Positions 1 through 8,998 of a stretch of 59,090 bases of DNA are shown here, piece after piece (position 1 is the stretch's first letter; each line of letters begins with the position of its first letter). Location: assembly GCA_027313145.1 (NCBI GenBank), contig DAHVEJ010000003.1, forward strand, positions 1 to 59,090, in the 5' to 3' direction. A program made the translations under genes and the position numbers. This stretch comes from Phycisphaerales bacterium. GTDB taxonomy: Bacteria > Planctomycetota > Phycisphaerae > WQYP01. The notes under the pieces are model-generated. The model saw only the letters and a program-made list of their open reading frames with translations. It was not told where the DNA came from and made no database searches.

Positions 1-213
1 GTTCTCAGCGGCAGGTGGGAATCGCGACACCGTCAACAGAAGCATACGATCCTGAACATGGAGTTCAAGCGATTCCGCAACGTGATGCTGCGAATACCCT
101 GCCAGATTGTCAAGACGGGTCGGCGCATCATCTACCGCATCATGTCTTGGAACCCGTGGACTTCATGCCTCTTGCGATTGGCCGAAGCCATGCACTATCC
201 CATACGCTGTTAG
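1..213 (+). mobile_element. IS1380-family transposase, C-terminal fragment (cut by window edge)
   Basis: Frame 1 (absent from the ORF track) reads ...KHTILNMEFKRFRNVMLRIPCQIVKTGRRIIYRIMSWNPWTSCLLRLAEAMHYPIRC*, matching the MEFxxF...LPCQIVxTGRR..YR..SWNPW tail typical of planctomycete IS1380 transposases. Confidence 0.8.
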
Positions 214-395
214 CACCATGCAACCATGATGTCGGGGTAAGGATGCCCCGATCCGCCGCGGAAGCCCAGCCCCAGGAGACGCCCCGATAAACAAGCACAA
301 CATTGAACCTCGACCAGCCGCAAACACCCCGCTGCAAGGGACGCGGTGCGCGCCCGTTCTGCACATCATAAATACGAAGAACGCTCTAAAAATCT

Positions 396-413
396 CGCTT
401 GTTTAAGGACTAG
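396..413 (+). repeat. Right terminal inverted repeat of the IS1380-like element (CGCTTGTTTAAGGACTAG)
   Basis: Its reverse complement matches 44662-44679 (CTAGTCCCTAAACCAGCG) at 16/18, and that site precedes an IS1380 N-terminal fragment. Confidence 0.75.
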
Positions 414-2104
414 GTTGTTGTTCCACCACCTGCCGGCCCCGACGGCGGCGGTTCTGAAGTCGCTGCGACTGGAATAATCAGGCTGAAGGTGGCCCCTTTG
501 CCCAAGTCACTGATAAGTTCAATAGTCGCGTGCAGCATGTCTGCGAGTTCCTGACTGATGGTCAGCCCCAGGCCGGTGCCGCCGTGCCGCCGGGTAACGG
601 AAGCATCCAATTGATTAAATTTTTCAAAAATGCTGGCGTGATGTTCCGGCGCAATACCCGGGCCGGTATCGGTAACCGCGATTTTCACATGTTCCGCATC
701 GGGGGTTGAAATGGTGAGCGTGACGCGACCATCAGGGGGCGTAAATTTAATGGCGTTAGACAGAAAATTATAGAGAATCTGCTGAAATCTCGCCGGATCG
801 GTGCTCACGAGCGGAACCGGTGCCTGCACCACCAGCGATAATTCGATATTTTTTTTCTGGGCCAGCGGACGCATGAAATTCACCAACGATTCGCAAACAT
901 CGGGCACGTTAATGCGTTCCGTGCGGAGAACAATTTTTCCGGCCTCAATTTTGGCCAAGTCCAATAAGTCGTTAATCAAATCCAGAAGTTGTCGGGCGCT
1001 GGTGAGAATGTTGTCAATATAACGGTTCGACCGCGGGTCGTCCGGGGCGGGCTTGGCGGTGGTGAGCAGTTCGGCAAAGCCGATGATGGCGTTAAGCGGC
1101 GTGCGCAATTCGTGGCTGACATTGGTAAGGAATTCCGATTTCATCTTGCTGGCTTGAAATAAATCAGTGTTGGATTGCGCTAATTCACCAACCCGGGTAT
1201 CCAAACTGCGGTTGGTCGCTTCCAATTGATCCTGCGATGCCTTTAAGGTGGCCAGCATGGTGTTAAAGGTGTCGGACAATTGCTCAAATTCATCACCCGT
1301 GGAAATGGCCGAACGAATATCCATATCCCCTTTGGCCACTTTTTCAGCGGTGTTTCGCAGCACCCGCACCGGCTGGAGAATCAGCCGGGTGGTAATAAGA
1401 TAAAAGACGATGATGGCTAATGACCCGCCTATGAGGCCGGAAACCACAATCACCACGCGATTCAGAAGTAGCTGATCCAGATCAGGGGTGACGGGCATGG
1501 CCACTTGCACAATCGCAACCAGCGGCGCAGCCGAGGAGTTCGCCGGTGCGGCCGGTGCTGTGGCAGTGGCATGCAATTGCCGGTCTTTCGCCGCGGCGGG
1601 CGGTTTGGCACCGGCGGGATACAGCCAACTGTGCCATTGGCTATGGCATCGCAGGCAGCTCACTGACGCGCGCACCGCGGCGGCATATTTATAAACCGGA
1701 TGGTGGGTAATGCTTTGCGATAATTCGCCGTACTGATTCTGCCGCGCATGTTTGAGAAAATATCGAATGGCGGCAGCTTGAAAAGCGGTGGCATGAGGCC
1801 AGGGCGTGCCGGGTTTTGGCAGTAACTCAATGGTGGGCTGGGGATATTGCAATTGGCGTAGATGGGCCGCCTGCCACCGTGCCGCTGAATTGGCGCTATT
1901 GCTGGAAGCCCCGTTGTTAACATGCGCCTCCCGCAGCGTCATGTCCGCCGCAATGCGCGCTTCGTATACCGGCTCCCGGCTGGTAAGCTGTTCCATGCGT
2001 TGCCACGGAACTGCCAAGGCTCCGGCGATGATCACCAGCACGGCAAAGCCGAAGAGCAACTGGCATTTTGCGGCCAGGGAAATCGTAAGCTCTTTTTTTG
2101 CCAT
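410..2104 (-). CDS. Membrane sensor histidine kinase (TM, periplasmic DUF3365-like domain with CxxCH, TM, HAMP, HisKA, HATPase)
   Basis: H-box FLTNVSHELRTPL, N-box QILYNFLSNAIKF, DTGPGI, GGTGLGL; HAMP-like GDEFEQL; SCLRCH between two TM segments. Start at MAKKEL assumed. Confidence 0.92.
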   Translation of the reverse strand: MAKKELTISLAAKCQLLFGFAVLVIIAGALAVPWQRMEQLTSREPVYEARIAADMTLREAHVNNGASSNSANSAARWQAAHLRQLQYPQPTIELLPKPGTPWPHATAFQAAAIRYFLKHARQNQYGELSQSITHHPVYKYAAAVRASVSCLRCHSQWHSWLYPAGAKPPAAAKDRQLHATATAPAAPANSSAAPLVAIVQVAMPVTPDLDQLLLNRVVIVVSGLIGGSLAIIVFYLITTRLILQPVRVLRNTAEKVAKGDMDIRSAISTGDEFEQLSDTFNTMLATLKASQDQLEATNRSLDTRVGELAQSNTDLFQASKMKSEFLTNVSHELRTPLNAIIGFAELLTTAKPAPDDPRSNRYIDNILTSARQLLDLINDLLDLAKIEAGKIVLRTERINVPDVCESLVNFMRPLAQKKNIELSLVVQAPVPLVSTDPARFQQILYNFLSNAIKFTPPDGRVTLTISTPDAEHVKIAVTDTGPGIAPEHHASIFEKFNQLDASVTRRHGGTGLGLTISQELADMLHATIELISDLGKGATFSLIIPVAATSEPPPSGPAGGGTTT

Positions 2105-2184
2105 GCCGATTGTTCTTTTCAATTAACAGGCTGCAAGGCCGCATCCCCGCAACAATCCACGTGTTGCCGTTGCGCTGATGATGG

Positions 2185-3201
2185 TCATGCTGAAGCGTTG
2201 GAATCGGGTGCTTCCATAACCCGGCGATAGTGCATACGCACGGCCGCGTAATATCCGAAAATGGCCCCCGCTAATCCGGCGGAACTGTAATAAATCGGCA
2301 ACGAGCGCATCAGAAACAAACCGGTATGCGCCGGATAGGGTTGCGCCACATGCGGCGCGATAATTCCGCCAATGGCCGCGATCACCGGCGGCGTAATCCA
2401 GATCACCCAGGCATCCGCCTGTGGTGCCGCGGTGGAACTGACAAACGCCGCCGCGGCAAACGCCACCGAACAGGCGAAAATGGCCTGCCCGGGCTGCTGC
2501 GATTTAAGCAACAGGAACAGGATAACCGCCGCCACGATCAGTGTGGTAATAAAAGCCAATAGATTTTGTGCCATCCGTCGGCCAAAGGGGCGGTAAGGGA
2601 TGTTATCGACCAAAACCTCAGCAAACGACGGATAATCCGCGGTGACTAAAGCAGCGTGGGTGCCGTGCGGCCGAACGGGCCATGGCAGGCCCAGATAAAG
2701 CGGCCAGTTTCGCGATCCAATTAGTTCGTAAATTCCCCGCGAAACCGCCTCGCCAATGAGAATATAAAATATCCAAAAGATATTCTGCAAGGCCAGTGTG
2801 TGGTACGCTCCCACCAAGTCGGTGTGGTGCAGAGCCAGCAGCAAAGTGATCGGCCCCCAATGGCATGCCAGAAAAATCAATCCGACCGATGCAATAAATA
2901 GTCCCGCATGTGGCGCATCGGGCCAGGTTAGCAGCGTACCAATCACAATCGCGGCCACCAAGCCCCCGATCATGACCAACTCCGCTACCAGCGATATCGC
3001 CGGTCCCGCCGCCAAAGCTCTGGTACCATCCATATTGGGGGACGGAATAACTTTCCCCGCCAGATAGATGAAAAACATTCCCACGACAATACACGCCACC
3101 ACATATCGCAGTTGCCGCAGAAATCCCAGCAGCACATGATGTTGGGAGACGGAAGTCTCCATGTGATTGCCTGGTATATTATGCGCTGTATCAACGGTCA
3201 C
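2185..3201 (-). CDS. Hypothetical polytopic membrane protein
   Basis: 338 aa with many hydrophobic segments; AAGGAG upstream of the GTG start; co-oriented with neighbours. Confidence 0.8.
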   Translation of the reverse strand: MTVDTAHNIPGNHMETSVSQHHVLLGFLRQLRYVVACIVVGMFFIYLAGKVIPSPNMDGTRALAAGPAISLVAELVMIGGLVAAIVIGTLLTWPDAPHAGLFIASVGLIFLACHWGPITLLLALHHTDLVGAYHTLALQNIFWIFYILIGEAVSRGIYELIGSRNWPLYLGLPWPVRPHGTHAALVTADYPSFAEVLVDNIPYRPFGRRMAQNLLAFITTLIVAAVILFLLLKSQQPGQAIFACSVAFAAAAFVSSTAAPQADAWVIWITPPVIAAIGGIIAPHVAQPYPAHTGLFLMRSLPIYYSSAGLAGAIFGYYAAVRMHYRRVMEAPDSNASA

Positions 3202-3277
3202 AATTCAACTCCTTATTGCGTCATCCGCATTGTTTCGTCCGCGTCAGGGTCGGCCCGCGTGGTTTAACACGCGTCTA

Positions 3278-6200
3278 TTATGTATGGCAATAGAATACGA
3301 CGCCATTGATTTCAAATAAAATTCCGCCGTTGACCAGCAGCCATGACTGGATATCGGGAGCCGCCGCATCAGATCCCGACCGCGTTAACTGCTGATCCAG
3401 AACAATGGAACCATTGTCCAGCCGTCCCTGCCGGTCTTTCTGGTTGATCAGGTAAAGATGCATGATATTGGGCGTCGGTCCGACCGGCCCGTGCGCCAAT
3501 GCGACAATATCCGGATCGCCGATTTGTGCCGCTGTCAGCGGTGGTCGCGATTGCATCACAAATTCCGCTTTCCATGCAATCTGACCTGTGCGTGTCGCGA
3601 TGGCCATTAAATTCCGCGGTGTCAGCATGACCAGCGTGTTGCGGTTCAGGGCTGTCTGCATCCAGATCACGCCGCTGGAGGTGAGTCCCGCATTGAGTCC
3701 CGGCTGATTCCACAGCCGGGCACCGCTGGTAACATCCATACATGTCATGCCGGTGGCGGTGGGCGTTATTAACCCGTCCACCGACAAACTTGCGGCCGTC
3801 GGAAATGGATCATGCAGATTGTTTCTACTCCAGATCGGAGCCGATAAACTGATGGCCGGATCAAACATCGCCACGCCCTTTTGGCCGCAAAGCAGCAGTC
3901 TGCCGGCCGGGTCGGCCTGAATCCAATAAAAATGATCTCCGGCTTCGGCGGGTAAAACGCCGGCGACGCGTCCGCTCGAGCGATCAAGTAATACCACTTG
4001 ATCAAAGGGAAGGTTCATGGCAACCGCGAAGTAACGCCGCGTTTGCCGGATACAGGAAACGGTTCCATATTTCCCCAGCGTTACCGGTGACTTCCAGACA
4101 GGTTGTCCATTGGCTGGGCTGTAAAGTGCCAGATCACGCTCTCCCGCCACCAGAAGACCGGCCGGCAGCATCTTTATCAGGCGGTAGCTGACCACGCCGA
4201 GATCCCGTTGAATAGATGCTTGACGCCATTGCGCTGCAATCTTGGGCGATAAAATATTGTATCCCGGAATGCCGCCGTTAATCATCATGCCGTTTTGTAT
4301 CATCATCATCCGCTGCATCGCCGGCAGCGCGGCATTGACCCCTGGCACCAGAACTCCGGGGTGCCTCCCATTTGACGGTATTTGTTGTTTCCATTGCAAA
4401 CGGCCGGATTGCGCATCGATGGCCAACAGTTGATTGTCCGTAGCCAGAATCGCCAGCTTTTTCCAGTAACCCACCAGCATCGCCCGCCTCGCATGGGCTA
4501 CGAGATATTGCCACATCGGCTTTAACCCTCGAACACGCCGCGCGGAAATCTGATACCCTCCGTTTGCTTTGTTTCCCAGTAGAAACATGCCGTAGCGACG
4601 ATACCGCGGCGCATGCTCCAGCGGTTGCAGCAGCGTACCGTGCAGAGCGCCGGATACCCCGAGCTGTGACCCAATTTTGGCATTCAGGCTGGCGCGCCGG
4701 GCCAGCGCGCCGGGCGTCGCGGTCTGCTTGATATGTTGGGTATACCGGGCGAATGTCCACGTCCGGCTGTGCGTCCAATGGTACGCCGGAAAATCTTGGG
4801 TGCCGCGCATAGCCAGAACCAACGCCTGATTCCAATGCCGCAAATGCGCCAGCGCCGAACACAGCCGCGAAAGCCGCCATGCCTTATCGGATTGGGACTC
4901 TGCGCCAAACCGCGTCCACAACAGCATGTCGTAGGCTTTCGCCCATTGCCCGTGCGCTGCAAAATGCCGGGAAAGCAAACGGGCCGCCTGCAGCGCCGCC
5001 GCGCTATTGGGGTATTGCACCACAATCTGCCGCAATGGTCGCCATGATTTTACACGTTGCGCCTGCACCAGAAGTTTCTGCGCAAGAGTTTCCCACGGGG
5101 CATAAACTTCTGTTCCGAATGTACGAATGACATCCCGTTGAATCATCGATCGCGCTGCGGTGGACGCCGCCAGCGTAACACCGCGATAATCCACCCCCGT
5201 TGCCCGCAGCGATCCGTGTGCGAGAATCTGCTCCAGCAGCGTCATGGCTTTTGCGGGATGTTTTGCCGCCAGATAACAACGAGCCATCGCCATGCGCCAT
5301 TTCACCTGCTGCTCCGGCAGCCGGGCAATAGCACTGGCCTTTTGGAGATAAAAAAGTTCCGCCGCATTGGCACCGGCTTTATTCGTCACATCGGCGGCAA
5401 AAGTCATGCACACGTGAAATATGCGGTCCGCCGCCGCCGGTGCGGCGGTGATCCGCGGCAGTGCTAAATCCACCGCTCTGCTAAGCATCTGCTGAGCCAA
5501 AGTATCATGACTGGACCGGAAGGCTACCTCGGCGAGCGTCAGGTATGCTTCGGGCTTCGTGGGATGGGCTTTAATTCGTCCGGTCAGATAGGCCAGAGCG
5601 TCTTTCCATCGGGCGTAACCGGCGGCGCGATGATCATTCACGACGACAACCTCATGCGCGGTAACCAGTAGATTGCCGGCGGAATCAGCGTTTCCGGCGG
5701 GCCATTTGGCCATGTTGTCAATGGCCCCGCTGCGGGTGTTCACCAGCAGCAGACCCGTGTTCAAGGGTATGTAAATATCTTTTCGTGTTAAAAATGGCCG
5801 GCCGGAAATTGCTCCGAACGAATGTATCGGACGGCTGGACCATATCTGCTTTCCGGTGCGAATATTGACCGCGCAAATTTTGCTGCCCGCCAAAAGCATT
5901 TCCCCATGAATGACTCCCAGAAGCATGTTGGCGTGGTACAGCCGTTCGCAGGGCAGCGACAGGAGTTTTGCTCCGGTCCATCGATTATATATATGCAGGG
6001 TCGATGCGCTTCCGAAGTTGTTGTCCATTGAAATCAGGCGCGAGCCCGCAACAACCGGCGCATTAAGACGCCACGGCAAGGGCCGTCGGACAATGCCATA
6101 TTGCATATTGTTAAACGGCGTATAGGCCACTTTGTTCAGTTGCAGCCATTGCACTTGCCCAGAGTCGGCGTTCACCGCCATATCCGCGCCCAATCCGGTG

Positions 6201-7846
6201 GAGATGTAAATGGTATTGTCGGCCATGGTGGGAATAATATTAATGGTGTTAAACGGCGATACTCCGTAGGCCGGCCCGGTAATGGTGCACAAATAATGGC
6301 TCCATTGCACAGTGCCGGTGGCGGCGTTTAATCGCACCAGGCTTAGTTCGTTCATTCCCGTACCCGGCTGCGTGGCGGCTACGACCAGAAATACCGCGCG
6401 CCGATTGGCCATCGGAATACACGCCGGCCAGATATTTCGGCCTCCTTCGCCGGATACCAGGCGGGATGCCGATATTTTCCATTGTAAATTCCCGCCGTCC
6501 GCGTTGAGGCACACAACGTCAAGTTTGGGGGTGCTAAATCCGAATTGCGTCGGAAACTGCGCGGGTTCGCCGGGCCGTGTCATAACGGTATACAATTTTC
6601 CATGAGCCAGCGTGCAGGAGTAATGATCCAGTTCATTAGCCAGCGTCGCAATATTCGCCGTGGAGCTATTCGTCGGCAGTCGTCCGTGGGGATACTGCCA
6701 CAGCGTATAGCCGGAATTGATATCCACCGCTTTGATGCGATCCTGCAGGTTCAGATACAGTGTACCCTTGCGGCACGTGGGGAATGAAAACAACACATCC
6801 CCCGAAGTTTTTCCCGTGGCCGGATCCATGGTCAGGCCGAATGCGGGCAAAAATTGCCGCAACTCGTTTTGATATTGCATGGTAGCCGCACTGGTCGCGG
6901 GGTTTTTCCCAAAGGCGTTCAATCGCTTGGTCCACATGATGGCGGCGGGCAGCGTTCCCCGCGCCGCCACGCCATTGCGCTGGAAATTTCCCTCAAATGT
7001 CGGCCAGGTTCCGGCTGTTGTAACACGCTGGTAAAGCGCCCAACGGTGCAGGGCGATTTGTGCATCGGCCAGAAGATTGACCTGCTTCCCGGCGATCAAG
7101 CCCGTCGCATGGGGCGCATTTTTCGCCAGCTCCGCCAGCAATTTTTTCGCCATATGCCTGTCGCCCGCTAACGACGCCGCCACCGCGGCATTATGCAAGA
7201 GCATAGGATGATCAGACGTCAGGCCCGGATGGTTCAGCAACTGTAACCATAGTCGCGCCGCCAGGGCAAAGCGCCCCCGTTCAAACTGCCGCGCCGCCAC
7301 AAATTGCAGGCCCTTGCCGGCGGCATCGGTGGCAAAATAGCGTTCACAGGCCGTGGTCAGGGAAAATAGCGACCCGCTTTGCCGCGCTTTTTCAATGACC
7401 TGCCGGGCTTTTAATCCATAGAGCTGATTATACAAACCATGCTGTACAGCCGGCATCGCCAATAAAGCGGTCCAGACATACTTTCGCACCGATTCATACG
7501 TACCATCCGGCTTCTTAATGACACTGGTGCCATATTTACGGGCAATATGCTGATAACTTCGCACGGCTTGCGTCAGGTGGCCGCTGGCGATGAGCCGCAG
7601 GGCCGTGCGCAGCAAGTCCTTGGCACCAAAGGAATCGTTGACTTGAATATGCGAAAAACTACCGGGCGCGCCATCATTGGGTTGGGGTGGAACCACGCGA
7701 ACTCGCAATGCGGGTTTGGCCGGACCAATGATAACCATTTGGGCCAGCCCCCCGGATGGCCGGAGCATACAGCAGCACGCCGCTACAGCCAATCCTGCCA
7801 CCCACAACATGATCTGCGATGTTTTGCCTGCCGGCCCGGATTTCAT
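3278..7846 (-). CDS. Large secreted PQQ-like beta-propeller repeat / TPR protein
   Basis: 1522 aa with signal-like N-terminus; repeated AxDxxSGxxxW blades (AVDINSGYTLW, AVNADSGQVQW, AIDAQSGRLQW), WPTFEGN motif, and Ala-rich TPR-like helices. Confidence 0.85.
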   Translation of the reverse strand: MKSGPAGKTSQIMLWVAGLAVAACCCMLRPSGGLAQMVIIGPAKPALRVRVVPPQPNDGAPGSFSHIQVNDSFGAKDLLRTALRLIASGHLTQAVRSYQHIARKYGTSVIKKPDGTYESVRKYVWTALLAMPAVQHGLYNQLYGLKARQVIEKARQSGSLFSLTTACERYFATDAAGKGLQFVAARQFERGRFALAARLWLQLLNHPGLTSDHPMLLHNAAVAASLAGDRHMAKKLLAELAKNAPHATGLIAGKQVNLLADAQIALHRWALYQRVTTAGTWPTFEGNFQRNGVAARGTLPAAIMWTKRLNAFGKNPATSAATMQYQNELRQFLPAFGLTMDPATGKTSGDVLFSFPTCRKGTLYLNLQDRIKAVDINSGYTLWQYPHGRLPTNSSTANIATLANELDHYSCTLAHGKLYTVMTRPGEPAQFPTQFGFSTPKLDVVCLNADGGNLQWKISASRLVSGEGGRNIWPACIPMANRRAVFLVVAATQPGTGMNELSLVRLNAATGTVQWSHYLCTITGPAYGVSPFNTINIIPTMADNTIYISTGLGADMAVNADSGQVQWLQLNKVAYTPFNNMQYGIVRRPLPWRLNAPVVAGSRLISMDNNFGSASTLHIYNRWTGAKLLSLPCERLYHANMLLGVIHGEMLLAGSKICAVNIRTGKQIWSSRPIHSFGAISGRPFLTRKDIYIPLNTGLLLVNTRSGAIDNMAKWPAGNADSAGNLLVTAHEVVVVNDHRAAGYARWKDALAYLTGRIKAHPTKPEAYLTLAEVAFRSSHDTLAQQMLSRAVDLALPRITAAPAAADRIFHVCMTFAADVTNKAGANAAELFYLQKASAIARLPEQQVKWRMAMARCYLAAKHPAKAMTLLEQILAHGSLRATGVDYRGVTLAASTAARSMIQRDVIRTFGTEVYAPWETLAQKLLVQAQRVKSWRPLRQIVVQYPNSAAALQAARLLSRHFAAHGQWAKAYDMLLWTRFGAESQSDKAWRLSRLCSALAHLRHWNQALVLAMRGTQDFPAYHWTHSRTWTFARYTQHIKQTATPGALARRASLNAKIGSQLGVSGALHGTLLQPLEHAPRYRRYGMFLLGNKANGGYQISARRVRGLKPMWQYLVAHARRAMLVGYWKKLAILATDNQLLAIDAQSGRLQWKQQIPSNGRHPGVLVPGVNAALPAMQRMMMIQNGMMINGGIPGYNILSPKIAAQWRQASIQRDLGVVSYRLIKMLPAGLLVAGERDLALYSPANGQPVWKSPVTLGKYGTVSCIRQTRRYFAVAMNLPFDQVVLLDRSSGRVAGVLPAEAGDHFYWIQADPAGRLLLCGQKGVAMFDPAISLSAPIWSRNNLHDPFPTAASLSVDGLITPTATGMTCMDVTSGARLWNQPGLNAGLTSSGVIWMQTALNRNTLVMLTPRNLMAIATRTGQIAWKAEFVMQSRPPLTAAQIGDPDIVALAHGPVGPTPNIMHLYLINQKDRQGRLDNGSIVLDQQLTRSGSDAAAPDIQSWLLVNGGILFEINGVVFYCHT

Positions 7847-7898
7847 TTCTGTGAGGCTCCAACCAGAATAGATCGGTCCAATGTTTCATCGTTCGCGC

Positions 7899-8804
7899 TT
7901 AGCCGGGACGTGGGAAATACTTTCCCCAAATCGCATCAAGCCGCTGTCGCGCTTCGGCACTTATTTTCGCTTTATCCGAAAAAATCGCCAACTCCAGTGC
8001 CCGATGCGAGGGGAATTCTTCCGCCCGGGATTCCCAGATACGTCCCAGGGCCGCCCGGATTAAATGCAGCGCGTTTTCCGAGGCCACTTGCAGATGGCTG
8101 AGGATTTCCCGCATCAGTTCCATCGGGGCCTGTCCCGGCGTATGGGGTTTCCACGCATCGTAGTCCGTGATCAGGGCAATGGAGGCGTAACTGATTTCCG
8201 CCTCACGCGCCAGTTTTGCTTCCGGCAAAAGCGTCATGCCGATTAAATCTCCGCCCCAACTCCGGTGCAGTCGGGATTCCGCACGCGTGGAGAACGCCGG
8301 GCCTTCCATGCACACATACGTTCCACGCGGATGAACCATCGCATCGGCGGTAAGTTCAGAGCGGCTTTCATAAACAATATTTCGCAATTTCCCGCACACC
8401 GGCTCCGCGAAATCCACGTGCACCGCGGCGTGATCAAAAAAGCTTCCCACGCGATGCACGGTGCGATCAATAGCCTGATCCACCAGGGCCAGTTGCCGCG
8501 GATGCATGTTTTCATTCAAGCTGCCCACCGCTCCGGAGGCCAGAATCCATCGGCATCCCAACATTTTCAGAGCATAGATATTGGCGCGATAGGGAATTTG
8601 CGTGGGGTTGAACACATGGCCCGCGCCGTGACGGGCCAGAATCGCCACGGGAATGCCTTTCCAACTGGCCAGAATCGGCGGTGCCGCCGGCGGCCCGAAG
8701 GGCGTTTGAATTTCTACCGCCTCACCATCGCCGGGCATAAGCAGATGCTGGCCCAGCCCCGATCCGCCTATGATGCCGATCCGCTGCGTTTGTTCCATGT
8801 TCAT
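7899..8804 (-). CDS. mtnP: S-methyl-5'-thioadenosine phosphorylase (PNP/MTAP family)
   Basis: IGIIGGSG, TPFG, LARHG, YRANIYALK, EGPAFSTRAES, LIGMT, PEAKLAREA, ITDYD. Confidence 0.93.
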   Translation of the reverse strand: MNMEQTQRIGIIGGSGLGQHLLMPGDGEAVEIQTPFGPPAAPPILASWKGIPVAILARHGAGHVFNPTQIPYRANIYALKMLGCRWILASGAVGSLNENMHPRQLALVDQAIDRTVHRVGSFFDHAAVHVDFAEPVCGKLRNIVYESRSELTADAMVHPRGTYVCMEGPAFSTRAESRLHRSWGGDLIGMTLLPEAKLAREAEISYASIALITDYDAWKPHTPGQAPMELMREILSHLQVASENALHLIRAALGRIWESRAEEFPSHRALELAIFSDKAKISAEARQRLDAIWGKYFPRPG

Positions 8805-8998
8805 GAACCCTTTTAACAAGCCGCATCCATGCTAACGCCATGCGGGAACCGCCCAAGATTCCCAACCGGTGAATCATACCATAGTCTTCCCGGCGTGACG
8901 CCACGGCAATTCTTTTTTCTCTCAAGGCCGGCCGCTACTTGTGGCCCGACGCCGCCTTTCGTATCCTTTGTCCACATCAAGATTGGAGAACAGGACTC

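Noticed and set aside
15-369. Short ORFs 15..290, 140..364 and 163..369
   Set aside because: Alternative-frame shadows; the coding signal is the frame-1 IS1380 tail
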